Part shown: positions 1 to 12,080 of the stretch, one piece after another | How the letters are laid out: the number at the start of each line of letters is the position of its first letter | Position numbering within the stretch: position 1 is the first letter of the stretch | Origin: Histomonas meleagridis 2922-C6/04-290x | Taxonomy: Eukaryota > Protista > Parabasalia | Length of the DNA stretch: 64,000 nucleotides | Assembly (NCBI GenBank): GCA_020184695.1 | Contig: JAANOX010000075.1 | Coordinates: 1 to 64,000, forward strand | Direction of reading: 5' to 3' | Notes under the pieces: generated by a model | The model's input: the letters and a program-made list of their open reading frames with translations, nothing else | Databases searched by the model: none | Told to the model about the DNA's origin: nothing | Translations under genes and position numbers: made by a program

Positions 1-2498
1 TGATTGTTCTACAGCTTTTCTAAATTTAGCATCAAATTTCTTATCTACTTTAATATAAGGCGGAATTAATTCATCATATTTAATTGATTTAATTAATTTA
101 ACTTCTTTAGGTGAATTTGCATTAGCATATAAATAATAAATAGCTAATTGTATTGCTAATTCTTCTGATATCCTAACAGTACCTTTAGGATCTAATAAAG
201 CACTCTTACAATCACAAACAGTAGTAAATGCTGCTTGATCTGATGAAAGAACTTCACCTGAAAGTACATATAATCTTCGTTTAAATACTAATTGGATCAA
301 ATTTAGTATTTACATTGTTCTGGTATAGAGAATCGTGTATCTAAAGGTTGTTGTTCACCTGTTTTTTCATCAATAGTATAAAGTGTATAACCTGCAATTT
401 CTGGTAATGATAACTTTTCAAATAACATTGGGATAATTTCTTCAATAGTTTTAGTAATATCCATTAATACTGTTTTAGTACTACCATCTGCAAATAATAT
501 TTTCATTGGTTTTTTGTTCTTAAGAATATATACAGTCATACCATCTTGAACATTAGCTAAACTTAAGATCATATCATTAGTAATCCATCGATAAGATTTC
601 TTCATTAATTTAACTAATACTACATGATCATCATCATGTGGAATATTTAAATATTGTTCTGCATATTGTAATAATGTTTTCCCAGTAAATTTAGAATCAT
701 AATCATATGACTTAGGTTCAACTGCATCTAATTCAGATGCTGTAAATAATGATATTTTACTTCGTGGATCAATAGCTGCTACACCTTCTCCAAATTCGGC
801 TGCTCGAGCTTGAGCTCTTTGAATAAGAATTTGTTTTGATACATCTGAATATTCTTCAATTAATGTTTTAATTTTTGGTACTTCACTTGAATGTAATATA
901 TATTTACCAATTTTACCTAATGATCTCATAATAGAAAATTGGATTTCTAATTGATGTGATAATAAATTCATACAAACTATTCTCGAAATTGATATCTTTT
1001 CTTCAATTGTTCCTGTCTTAGGATTAATTAATGTAATAGTTAATGGTGATATTAATACTGTTACTTCAACAACTGTCTTCTTTCCTTGAAATTTAAGTTC
1101 GATTTTAACTCTGTCGAATTTCTTGGTAGCAAATCCTTGCATACGACGTACCTTTTGAATGAACTTTCTACACCCATTAAATTGGTCAAGTTTTCCAATT
1201 GATTGTGCAACTTCTTTAACTTTGGAGCCGATCTTCTTACTATCTTTAAATGATTTAGGTAATCGTTTGCTTAAGTCATCTGGTAATGATCCGAAATCTG
1301 GTTCTTTACCTGGTTCTGCTTCTGCGTATAGTTGATATACAATAAGTTCTGCTGCATCTGTTGGGTTTAAATTAATATGATCTTTAATGAATTCATTAAA
1401 CGCATCTTTATACGCAATTTTGGTGGATTCAAGTGTAGATAAATCTTCACGTGAGAAAAGAAGATATTTACGAAGGAAATAAATATCTCTGATGGATTTG
1501 GTTTGTTGAGGGATAGATAACTCACGATTTAATGTTTGCGTACGCTTGTCTTGAATAGAACATAATGTATAACCATGATAATTCTCAATGTTAAAGTTAC
1601 TGGCTACATCTTTAACAAGCTCAGCAACCGTTTTTGTGAGATCAAGATTAAGTGGAATGGAATGGGAAATGGCTGAGTGTACTCGAATCGTTCGTTCACG
1701 CTTAAAGACATATAAAGTCATGCCATTAAATGGGTTATAATCTTCAAGATAATTTGTCTCACCAAACCATCGACGATCATCATTACCATATTGAAGAAGA
1801 AGGGCATAACGACCATCTTTGTTAAGTCCAAGATGACGAAGAGCTGCAGCAAGCATATCATCAAATGAATATGATAGATTATATTGACATTGTTTCGGAT
1901 TTTCTGTGCTGAAACCATTGCTTGTATAGATGTTGACGGATTTGTCTTTCTCATTGGTGGGTTCTTGGGTTTCACCTTCGATAAATGTAAAATCTGATGC
2001 ACGAAGACCACCAAAATTGTTGGTAGCAAAATCAGCTACACCCGTGTCAATGTGAATATCAAATTCTCCATCACTATCGTCATGTGGAAGTGTGTTGTAA
2101 ATATTGGGATTAGTTCTGTATTCATCATCAACATAAACTGTAGGAGCAACTTCGTAATCAGATGCTTGGATAATCTTTGGTAGTTTTACTTCTTGAGTTT
2201 CTGGTTGTTGTTGTTGCTGTTGCTGTTCTTGTGCATTTTCTGTATTATATGGATAGATAACGATCATACAACCAGTAGTAACACCTTGACTTCTTAAAGT
2301 AGCCGTTGGCTCAATCCATTTTATTTCATCTGACCTCAGAAGAAGGCCGTATAAGTTTGGATCTACTTGAATACCTAGATTCTGCATGGCAACCTGTAAA
2401 CATTGGCTACCTTCATAATCTAAGTAATATTGAAATGCTTGAGGATTTGGATCCTCAAGATTTGCGCTTGTGTATAAGGTGACAATTTCGGATGACAT
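1..2498 (-). CDS. Talin-head/FERM (band 4.1)-like protein with tandem FERM-like modules; frame break near nt 303-313; runs off the window start
   Basis: ORF 303..2498 has repeated ubiquitin-like segments (KILFADGSTKTVLMDITKTIEE; YTLCSI/YTLYTI; SIPQQ/SIPEQ). Past the stop, another frame continues LVFKRRLYVLS...EELAIQLAIYYLYA, paralleling YFLRKYLLFS...DAAELIVYQLYA earlier in the ORF, and stays open to nt 1. Confidence 0.6.
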
Positions 2499-3612
2499 GT
2501 GAGAAAATTAATAATTGAGAGAGTTAAGAAAAAGCCAAAAATTTCAATTAACAATTAACGTTTGAGAAAAATATAAAACAACAAATCTTTCATAGAAAAA
2601 CAATAACTCAATGAATTGTTAAATGTTCAAAAGACTTTATGCATAATTTGTATTAATTTGTTTATTAGAAAAAAAATGAATAAAAGTTAATAATGAGAAT
2701 TGCTTACAAACGCAAAATCCATGAAATGGATGATACTATCAACCACGAAACAATTTAATTTGTAAACAATTCAAAACGAATTCTAGCGGCTTATGCGGAA
2801 AGAATTGAATGAATATTATTGAATTTGAGGAGTGGCAACTGAATAATTAGTCAAATATATAAAAAATCGGAACGTCAATTTTCGCGATGGACAGAAATCA
2901 TAGAACGATTTACATATGTTATTTCAGAAACTGGTCGACATGTGTTGCTAACTTCAAATCGGTGAGTGTTGGTTGAGCAAGTATGTGAAATTTTACAAAT
3001 TAATTAGAATATCACATATTATAATAAATTTATATAAGGATACTCTAAAACAAATTCATAATGATATCCAGATTTCCTGAGCATTAATGCTCAAATTTTT
3101 GATTTGCATTTCAATTGGAATAAATTTATCTTTTATCTCAAAATTGACAAAAGTTTCAAATATAATATCTTAACAACAAGATTTCATTGGGTTTATGTTA
3201 TGTTGTTTAATGTTTATTTCAATTCGAGGATGGTAGAATTATTGTTTTGGATTTTTTCAGCGGTTGGTTCACATTTGTATGTGTAAACCTATGAATATAA
3301 ATGCCATTCCACATCTGTCACTTCATTTCTTCTTGTTGTTACTAGAAAACTCTTTCACCGAAAATTAATATGGTTTTATTGATTAATATTTTAAATTGTT
3401 TTTAACATTTTTAGGAAGTGTTTCAAAATTATAACTCGAGACGATAATTTATCGAAATTTAAAAATCAAATTTTAAATCAAAAATAGAAAAAGATAATTT
3501 TTTCTAAATTTATGCAACGCTTCAAAAAGATTTAACTTTACATAGTTAGCATAATTTTTTTTCTTCTTTTTATTTGACATTCATGAATAAAAATAAATAA
3601 TTATAATTTTCT

Positions 3613-4170
3613 TTAAAAAAGATTTGTGTTTCTCTGTTTGGGTTGTTCATCTGTATTCATAATCATTGGCAGTGAGTCATCGAGAGCTTTGATACGTTGT
3701 CGATGATTTCGAGATTGATTCTTGCATTGTCTCATTTGGAAATAGAATAACCCAAATGATATGACTGAAACAATTAGTAGAATAACCAATATGATAAGTG
3801 TTGTATTATCATAATATTGGAAATTAATACTTGATGACCAAGAAACCTGATCTACTGAAAAATAGAGAGGCACATCGCTTGGGATGTGAGGTGGTGCAAC
3901 ACATGTCACAACGCCATTTCCAATATTTTTTCCTTGAACAATTTGTGAATCGAATCTACAATATACATCACCTGAGGGAACGGGTTCGACTGTTAGTTTT
4001 ACCTCTACGTTACCCGCAGCAGAGCATTTGTTTGGATTGATAGAAATGATTTGATAATCATTTTTTGATATATTGTTTATTTCATTTCCTTCTTGGTCGT
4101 TCTCTGCACCATCAACATTATTTTCATATTGCTTAGCGAAGCATAAAAAAAAAGAAAATAGGAAAAGCAT
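3613..4170 (-). CDS. Type I membrane protein with one IPT/TIG domain
   Basis: Likely start MLFLFSFFLCFA (signal peptide, ATG at 4170); IPT/TIG-like INPNKCSAAGNVEV...CRFD...TCVAPP...FQYY; C-terminal TM helix and short tail. Confidence 0.7.
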   Translation of the reverse strand: MLFLFSFFLCFAKQYENNVDGAENDQEGNEINNISKNDYQIISINPNKCSAAGNVEVKLTVEPVPSGDVYCRFDSQIVQGKNIGNGVVTCVAPPHIPSDVPLYFSVDQVSWSSSINFQYYDNTTLIILVILLIVSVISFGLFYFQMRQCKNQSRNHRQRIKALDDSLPMIMNTDEQPKQRNTNLF

Positions 4171-4508
4171 CCGTTGATGATTAGTTGAACGATCATAACC
4201 GCCTGGCCAATTACAAAAAAGAACTAAAAGCCCTTTTTGTTCGCCACCTATTGCCTGTAAAGGCGCATTATAATGAATACGGAATTTATTCAGGTATAAC
4301 ATTTTAAGTTTTGTCTCAAATTATCCTTGAAATCATTATGTTGATAAATTAAATTTATTGTTTATTAACTAAAGCTTAATCAAAGCAATAACTTAATATT
4401 AGTAAAAGATAAGTGGATTCATTATTTTTGGAGTTTATCATTGTAAAGTGTCTAGACACTAAATTTGGTTTCCGTTTAATAACCGCTAGGAATTTACGGT
4501 TAATTTTA

Positions 4509-5264
4509 ATGCAATTCGTCTTACCAAAAGACAAAACACTTCCAGAACTACAAACCATTGTTAATAGCTTTGATGCTATTGCTGAATCCAGATCAGGAAA
4601 AGCAAAGGTACTCAGAAAAGTTACCAATTCAGCCATTTCACTTATCCAGTCAGAAACACCTCAATTTGAACAAATGCTAACTTACTCTCTTGGTCAATTC
4701 AATGAAATAGCCTCATCAGAAGATACTCTATCCCTCTCTGAAATGCGCTTTAAAGATGATATGCTTGACATTGTTGAACGATATCGAGTCATTACCAAAC
4801 TAGAGAAAGCATACACTGATTCTATAGCAGAAATTGAAAGAACAAAAAATTTAGTACAAGAAATCGAAACCTCAATTCAGCTTGAGTCAGGTTCTCAAAA
4901 GCAGAAACTTCTTGAATCTCTTCAAAATGCCAAACTATCGCGCAACAACGCCATTAGCAATGCCAAAAAAGTCACCAAAAAACTCATCCAAGCGAAAAGG
5001 AAATTTTCCAAGTTCAAAGTGAACAGGCTTCGTCACGGATGGCGCACGTACTCTGAGGCATTACGCGTTTGTGCTGAGCAACAAGAAGATTTGTATCAAT
5101 CCATCATATCATCACTTGCAGATATCAGAAGTCGGATTGATGACGTTTGCGAGCAGAAAAATGCGCCCAATGAACAAATGATGTCACATCAGTTTGATGA
5201 GTGTGATGTCCCAGATGATGTGAAAAACCTCAAAAATCCATTCGAGGACATTGAGTTGAGTTGA
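4509..5264 (+). CDS. Helical coiled-coil protein, possibly BAR-like
   Basis: Open frame 4413..5264 with likely ATG at 4509 (MQFVLPK); all-helical heptad pattern; acidic C-terminus with NPF motif (KNPFEDIELS). Confidence 0.55.
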   Translation: MQFVLPKDKTLPELQTIVNSFDAIAESRSGKAKVLRKVTNSAISLIQSETPQFEQMLTYSLGQFNEIASSEDTLSLSEMRFKDDMLDIVERYRVITKLEKAYTDSIAEIERTKNLVQEIETSIQLESGSQKQKLLESLQNAKLSRNNAISNAKKVTKKLIQAKRKFSKFKVNRLRHGWRTYSEALRVCAEQQEDLYQSIISSLADIRSRIDDVCEQKNAPNEQMMSHQFDECDVPDDVKNLKNPFEDIELS

Positions 5265-6149
5265 ACCATTTCTTGATGTGTAAAATGTTTTTAATTTTTA
5301 TGTTTTGACCACAATTAGCTCTGTGATGATAAGTTTTCGGAAATCTGCAACAAAAATTTCATATGAATTAAATCTTTTATTTGATTAATGTTAAATATGA
5401 AATCATCCAGTCTCAAAAAAATTGTTATTTTTTGATATTTGGACATATTTATAATTACTGTTCTAGTTAAATATTTATCATAAAGAAATTTGCTTAAGTT
5501 ATAAAATACTGTTTTATTTGAACATTATTTTTTGGATAATATTATGAACGCGATTGTAGTGGTGTATCAAAACCAAACGCATGAAAATATAGATAATTTC
5601 ATTCAATAATTGGTTTAATTCATTGAACATCATAAATGAAAAAAAAATGCTGAATCTTAAATTTAAGATTTTATAAAATATAATGTAAAATTTTCAAATT
5701 TTTTTATAAATTCCATTTTATGTTTGTATGATTAAGGAGAATTATATTAAAATGTATGAAAATTTGAGTATATAAAATCCCTAAAAGGTCGGAAATATTT
5801 AAATATTAAATGAAATTAATAAAAAATTTAAAAATAAGTTATCAAGAATATATGTGCACAGGCTACATTAATCATATTCTGAATATATTCCAAATTCAAA
5901 TATTTGGACAATAAAAACAAATTTTAAAATACTTATTCATACACATTGGAAATATGCTTTTCTACAATACACAAAACTTCAAAATATGAAAGTTTTTAAA
6001 AATAATGCAAATTCTTCCAATTATGAAATTCTTTATAATAAAAATATTACTGAAATTATTTTCTATTCAATTAGAAAAGATAAATAGGAGAATAAGAAGA
6101 TGGAAGATGAACAGTATTAAAAGCTATTCCTTTTTCTTCTATAAACGCT

Positions 6150-6470
6150 AAAATTTCATAATTATCTTTTTGAATACAAAGTTATATCAAATAATTAGTT
6201 TTATTCCCAAACATTTGAAGCGTTGACTTTGGTTGTATTTTTTCTATTTTATTCTCACAAATGTATTTAAAGATATCATTTCGATGCCCCTTCAAATGAT
6301 GTATGATTTTGTTCACACAAATGAATGATTTCTTCATTTCCTCCTGCTACTGCATATTTACCAGTGTTATACAAATTTGCATTATTCATCAGTTAATTGG
6401 CTGCATAATCAATTAAAGAAACATTTTTTTTATTTATAAATGAACATCTTTCATAAAGTGATGGCTCAAT
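6150..6470 (-). pseudogene. DUF3447(-ankyrin) gene relic
   Basis: Minus-strand reading IEPSLYERCSFINKKNVSLIDYAAN*...GKYAVAGGNEEIIHLCEQNHTSFEGA is near-identical to motifs at about 49.1-49.3 kb and 62.0-62.2 kb; internal stops and deletions. Boundaries approximate. Confidence 0.75.
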
Positions 6471-6529
6471 TTTGGCATTTTTTTTGCACCAATTTTTTTT
6501 TCAAAAAGTTAACAGACTTCTGCCATAGG

Positions 6530-7127
6530 ATGGAAAGGAAAATCTATGCATCCCATATAGGAAATGAATATCAGGCACTTATCCAATGCTTAGAAGCGAC
6601 AAGAGACTATATTGGTGCTAATTGTGGTTCCCATGATTCAATAGACAGGGTTTGGGAAATCGTTGGATATGTGATGAAGAACCAAAAGATCTACAATGGA
6701 GGTCATATTGTACCATTCTGTCAAGAAGATGCTTATGCACTTGTTATGGCTATTTGTGGTCTCCGTATTGATCATTTCCATGCATATGACAAAATAAATG
6801 CAGTGATAAAAGACCTTAAAAGAGGTTTTAAAGTTGAATATATTTATGTACCATGCGTCAATTGTTGTTTATGAAAGAGGATGTGATCATTGGATTCTGC
6901 AAAATCTTACAAGTTACACAGCATCGTATCTCGCTACTATGGCAGTTAGTACTGCTATAGGTGGTCCTGTTGGATTTTTTGGTGGACTTTTTGTATCACT
7001 TGCAGCAGCAGGTGCTGTTGAATATTTAAAAACGGACAAATGCATCCTGTTTTATGAAAATGGTGAAGATATAAGAGAAAAACAAATTCAGTTGATGAAT
7101 GATGCGCAAAATAGCATGCCACCGTAA
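6530..7127 (+). CDS. Hypothetical protein split over two overlapping frames (6530..6874 and 6834..7127), with Gly/Ala-rich hydrophobic segment
   Basis: Two overlapping ORFs with coding-like composition; the second has AVSTAIGGPVGFFGGLFVSLAAAGAV. The ORF-track extension 6440-6529 begins in the antisense of the DUF3447 relic. Confidence 0.45.
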
Positions 7128-7335
7128 GAAAGTAAAACATTATAATGAGTTTTAACATATTTTTTGTATAAAATTTTTAATGCTATTTAGGCTCAATGAG
7201 TTATCTGTTTGAACAATTGTTGAAAAATTTTTGATGAATGGAGAGAAACATTGGATTGAAGTTAACATATGATTGAATTGAATTTGATCGTTTTCTCGGT
7301 TGACTTTTTCCGTTTAATGTACGTTATTCTCCCAA

Positions 7336-8808
7336 ATGGAAGAACCATCAGAGATAAAAGAATTACGGCATAAATTAAAAATATTAAACTTTCCACAAGA
7401 CGAAATCATTAACATTGCCAGAAAACAAATGAGTTCTATCCGAAACCAAAAAAAAGCAAATGAGACACTTCGATCAGAACTCGAGTCATATGAAAAAAAT
7501 CAAGCAAAAGTCGAACAATACGAAAAAGATTATAAATCAAATGAAACCATTTTATCAATGAATTCACAAAAAAAGGCACTTGAAAATAAATTAAGTATCC
7601 TTTCAGCAGATTTTGCTGCAGAGGAACAAAAAAGAAAGAGGCTAGAAGAAGAGGTTTCAAAAGCTCGTTCTAAACTTGGTGGTTTATATTCGCATGCACA
7701 AGAACTTGAAAATCGACAAACAAGACTCCACATCATGGAAAATAGGCTTGACCAAGTTCTTTCCATGTATAACAAGAACTTAATTAAGCTTGGTGAAATG
7801 CGTGATCAAATTGATCAATATCGTAAAGACCGAAATACATTTCGAAGTATAATTAAAAAAGAAAAATTAGCAGATGAACTCAATGCGCAAAGAATTAATC
7901 AACTTATTTACGAGTCCAATGAAGCGTACTCACAAAGAGATCAATTGAAAATGGATCTTGCTCAACTTCGTAATGCTGAAAAAGAAGATGAACAACAATA
8001 TGAAATTGAAATTTCTCGTTATAATAGCCAAATTGAAGCGCAAAAAATTACAAACAATCATCCTCGAGCTGCCAAACAACAAGTTTCTTCTTTATATACA
8101 AGTTCATGTTCTGTTTCTGAGCAACAAGAAGAAACAACGTCAGCAATTGATCAATATCAACATACAATCAAAGAAATTTTAGATTTAATTCAAGTCAAAG
8201 ATGCTGATGAACTTATTCAAAAAGCTGAAAAACTTGAAAGTGAAAATTTCTCTTTATATAATTATGTTGTTGAAACTGAAGCAAACAGAGCAAAACTACA
8301 AGAAGAACTTGATTCATTAAAACTCAGGAAGAAAGAATTAGAAGAACAATTAACAATGTCCGAAGAACAACAAAAAAATAAAATCGAAGAATTGACAGAC
8401 GAAATTAATAATCTTTCTTTAAATTTGAAAAACATTAAAGAGTCTAATAAGGATAAAAAACAAAGTTTTAAAAAAATATGTAAAAAAACTGAAGAAATAT
8501 TCCAAACATTAAATTGTTCTTGGGATAATTCTCCAGATGAAAATTCAAAAATAACAAACGCTAACATAGAATTCGTGCTAACATCAATTGAAAGGGCTTT
8601 AAGTAATTTGATGAAGATAGTTTACGAAAAGGCAAAAGTACAGATTTCGCTTGGATATGATGAGAGTTTGACTTATCAAAACGATGAGAAATCTTTCAAC
8701 GATACAGAAACTTTGAAATCAAGTTTACAAAGATCTCAAGAGATCAATACAGAAGTACTTGAACAGAATAGACCTCTTACAATCGAAGAAATCAAGGCTT
8801 TATTGTAA
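7336..8808 (+). CDS. Outer dynein arm docking complex coiled-coil subunit (CCDC114/CCDC63/DC2-like)
   Basis: 490-aa coiled coil with family-like motifs MENRLDQVLSMYNK...IDQYRKDR and ESENFSLYNYV. Confidence 0.7.
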   Translation: MEEPSEIKELRHKLKILNFPQDEIINIARKQMSSIRNQKKANETLRSELESYEKNQAKVEQYEKDYKSNETILSMNSQKKALENKLSILSADFAAEEQKRKRLEEEVSKARSKLGGLYSHAQELENRQTRLHIMENRLDQVLSMYNKNLIKLGEMRDQIDQYRKDRNTFRSIIKKEKLADELNAQRINQLIYESNEAYSQRDQLKMDLAQLRNAEKEDEQQYEIEISRYNSQIEAQKITNNHPRAAKQQVSSLYTSSCSVSEQQEETTSAIDQYQHTIKEILDLIQVKDADELIQKAEKLESENFSLYNYVVETEANRAKLQEELDSLKLRKKELEEQLTMSEEQQKNKIEELTDEINNLSLNLKNIKESNKDKKQSFKKICKKTEEIFQTLNCSWDNSPDENSKITNANIEFVLTSIERALSNLMKIVYEKAKVQISLGYDESLTYQNDEKSFNDTETLKSSLQRSQEINTEVLEQNRPLTIEEIKALL

Positions 8809-8839
8809 TTTTTTTGTCTAAAATTTATTTTGTTTTTTT

Positions 8840-9600
8840 TTAATTGCTTATTAATCATATTGAATATGAACAAAATAATTAGGTGAAAATATTCTTCAAG
8901 TGAAGTTTGAATATATTCTCTCTGAATGAAAATATATTTTTATTGAACAAACTTATCAAGTAACTTTTCAAATATTCACCATAACTTTTTCACTGTGTAG
9001 TAAGAAAAGAGATATTTCGAGATGTATACGGAAACTTGTTATATAAAAATTTCAATAAATTATGCAATTCTTCTTATAAAAATCGCAAATATCAACTTAT
9101 GGAGATTTTAAACAAAAATTCTTAAATACGATGATTTACTTTGTGAAAGCAACGAATTTTCATATGGGAAATCTTCAATAAAAGCATGCTTTTTGTGATA
9201 TGATATGGTGCGGATTAATCCAAAACATTAAACTATTTTGGACAGCACTTATTTGGGAAATGACAATGGACACAGAGAGATTGTTAAATTACTTCTTTGT
9301 TTTATATGATATTTGTTATGATAATTTGATATTTTAAAATAATATTTGGAAACTATTGTAAATTTTTGATATTGAAAATGGTCATACAGAAATAGTCAAA
9401 TTTAAGAAGTACTTCTTGAAATAGAAGGAATTAATTCGTACGAATGAAAAAGATATTTATTTTTCTTATTTGATGTTTATTTTAATAATTCTATATGTTA
9501 AAACAATATTTGGAATTCAAATAATTGAAAACAGCACTTATGTATGCGTCTGAGAAAGGTTTTAAGGATATAATTGATTTATTTATGAGAAGTAAGGAGT
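8840..9600 (+). pseudogene. Decayed ankyrin array with AT-rich inserts (relic)
   Basis: Fragments TALIW..NGHREIVKLLL, ENGHTEIVK, EGIN..KD and TALMYASEKG; insert 9455..9530 (76 nt) and a partial insert with TTTTAAAATAATATTTGGAAA at about 9330-9350. Left boundary approximate. Confidence 0.7.
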
Positions 9601-9797
9601 AGCTCTAACTTGAAGCACATTTTTCAAAAGATTTTCCATTAAAATAATAATGCCATAGTTTTTATTATAAATATTAAAGGCTTTGACTTTCTTCTGAGAG
9701 ACACAAGGTTTTAGGTTCATTTTTTAGAAGTTAACAATCGTTCAAAGGGTAATATTACCCAATGTAACCGTTAAATTCGAAATTTCCAAAAAAACAC

Positions 9798-10397
9798 ATG
9801 ACTACACCTGTCGAAATTGCTTGGAAATATATTAAACTCAATGACATAGAAAATCTTAAGAAAATGGTTCCTCGTGAAGTAGATCCAAACGCTTCAATTC
9901 CTGATGAAAAATGTGAAATTCGTTTTTTAATGCATGCAGCAGCAGCATTTGGTTCACTGGATTGCTTAAAGTACCTTGTTGACGAAGGTGGAGATCTTAA
10001 TCATGCAAATTCAAAAGGATATACTGTTCTTCATTGGGCTGCTTATGGTGGTTGGGATGATGTTCTTGCATACCTCTTCTCAAAAAATGTGTTGTTAGAT
10101 ACACCCGAAAAAACAGGTCAAACAGCACTTCATATCGCTTCTGCTCGAGGACATATCTTATGTGTGAACTTTCTTGCTGGACATGGATCCATACTTGATA
10201 AGCCTGCTGGCTTTAAATGGTCACCATTACATTTTGCAATTTCATATGGTCAACAAGATGCTGCAGAGATTTTGATTTCTAAAGGCGCAAATCCTGGCAT
10301 TGTCGATTCTCTTGGAAGATCGGTTGATGTTTTAGCGCACGAATATAAAAGGAAGTGGTGGGATGAGATAGATCCAAGCCAGCAAGCAAGAAAATAA
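9798..10397 (+). CDS. Ankyrin repeat protein with uninterrupted repeats
   Basis: About 4 canonical repeats (SKGYTVLHWAAYGG, KTGQTALHIASARG, KWSPLHFAISYG) in one ORF, without inserts. Confidence 0.9.
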   Translation: MTTPVEIAWKYIKLNDIENLKKMVPREVDPNASIPDEKCEIRFLMHAAAAFGSLDCLKYLVDEGGDLNHANSKGYTVLHWAAYGGWDDVLAYLFSKNVLLDTPEKTGQTALHIASARGHILCVNFLAGHGSILDKPAGFKWSPLHFAISYGQQDAAEILISKGANPGIVDSLGRSVDVLAHEYKRKWWDEIDPSQQARK

Positions 10398-10482
10398 AGT
10401 TTTTGTTGCACCGAAGCAGGAGAACGTTTACATCACAGCGACCGTTAATTAAAATAAAAAGTGTCAAAGAGTAATTGGCCAA

Positions 10483-11106
10483 ATGTTGTTTTTGCTTTCT
10501 TTAATTGCATTAGCAAAGTCTGACTTTAATTATACAGCATTTTTTGAAGGTAATTGGAATATTACATCTGTTCCAGTTGGAAGTGATGGGGAAGAAAAAG
10601 AAGAAGAAATTAAAATTTATTCTTTAGAATTATCCGCTGGAAATGAAATTGGATCACTTGTTGGTGATTTAATCGGAGAGGACGAAGATGGTGTTGCAAC
10701 TCCCTTAAATAAAATTTTAGTTTCACCAACAGAAGATAATACTACTTTCACCTTTTCTATATCAGACAGCGAAAGCGAAAACTTTGAAGAAATTACAACA
10801 TTTTCGATCAAGTCTGGTGTTGATGGAATGAAGTCATCAAGTGGTAAAACATCTGATAACGCTAGATACACAATTAATATCCTTGATCAATACACAGCTC
10901 AACTCATTCTCTATCAGAATGAGGGGTTCACAATCTACCGTCTTATCAAAGAAATCCCACAGAAGAAGCCAAGTCTTTTACAATCTTTCCTTCCAATGCT
11001 CCCAATGCTTATAATGATGTTCTTCAGACAAGGTGGGATGGGAGCTCCACAACAACAGCAAGGTCAGGCAGCCGCACCACAAGGCGAAAAGGCCAAGACC
11101 GATTAA
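10483..11106 (+). CDS. Signal-peptide protein with C-terminal hydrophobic anchor (ER/surface protein)
   Basis: MLFLLSLIALAKS signal peptide; LLQSFLPMLPMLIMMFF hydrophobic stretch followed by a Q/G-rich tail. Confidence 0.7.
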   Translation: MLFLLSLIALAKSDFNYTAFFEGNWNITSVPVGSDGEEKEEEIKIYSLELSAGNEIGSLVGDLIGEDEDGVATPLNKILVSPTEDNTTFTFSISDSESENFEEITTFSIKSGVDGMKSSSGKTSDNARYTINILDQYTAQLILYQNEGFTIYRLIKEIPQKKPSLLQSFLPMLPMLIMMFFRQGGMGAPQQQQGQAAAPQGEKAKTD

Positions 11107-11252
11107 ATAAAAAGCTTTATTAAACGTATTTGAAATTTAAACGGCCACCATAATTTTTAACGTATTCTTAAAAAGATGTATCGTATTATTAAAAAAGTTA
11201 TGCGATTAAAAATAAACGTACACAAAATCCAGCAAAAAGAAAAAACTCAGAT

Positions 11253-12080
11253 ATGATAAAAGACCGTATCTCAATTTACACATGGATATCATACATTATT
11301 TTTCCGATATTGACTAATTTATTTCTTTTATTATTTATATTTTTCTCAATTGACATTTATTCTTCCTCGAGTGAAAGAAGAAACATCATTGGGGTAGTTG
11401 CATTTTTTGTAGATTACATAGGAGGTCTTTTGCTTTTTGTTGCTTACGGTAAATCCACCAATGGCTGGTTTGAAATGTTTGGTGACATATCAAATACATT
11501 ATTTATTGTAGGAATTGTTTTAACATATCCTGTTTTCTTTCTCTTTTGGCTCCCGTATGTATTATATCATTTCCTTTCCTATCGTGGTTCTCCTAAAGGC
11601 TTATGGGAAAAAATATTTTTAGATACAACAATGTCATTAGACAATCTAATACCAGAATTTAGTGAAAATACGTGCCAACTCGTTTGCCGTTATATTTATA
11701 TTGGGATTCCATTTTTAATTTTTGCCACTATATACATTGCCATTATAATTTTCTTTCTTCCTCTTTGGTATTTTGTTACATCACCAAACGGGTTTGGTAC
11801 AATAGGAATTTGTATTCATGTTTCTTATCATTTTCCTTCGTCAAGTGAAATGCATCTATTACAAAGAATTTTAGTTGCAAGAAATTGGGGGTCTTTGACA
11901 CATAACTTCATTATTGCTCTTCCATCGATATTAATTTCGATAATTTATTGTTCACTTGTTAACCCTTCATGGTTTGCTGTGCTTCTTGCAATTTTTTCTT
12001 GTCTACAGTTTGTAACTGATGTGGTTCCTTCTATAATAAGAATTATAAGAAAACCAGTCAGTAGAGGATTATATTTGTAA
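11253..12080 (+). CDS. Multi-pass membrane protein, unknown function
   Basis: 275-aa ORF with about 6-7 hydrophobic segments. Confidence 0.65.
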   Translation: MIKDRISIYTWISYIIFPILTNLFLLLFIFFSIDIYSSSSERRNIIGVVAFFVDYIGGLLLFVAYGKSTNGWFEMFGDISNTLFIVGIVLTYPVFFLFWLPYVLYHFLSYRGSPKGLWEKIFLDTTMSLDNLIPEFSENTCQLVCRYIYIGIPFLIFATIYIAIIIFFLPLWYFVTSPNGFGTIGICIHVSYHFPSSSEMHLLQRILVARNWGSLTHNFIIALPSILISIIYCSLVNPSWFAVLLAIFSCLQFVTDVVPSIIRIIRKPVSRGLYL

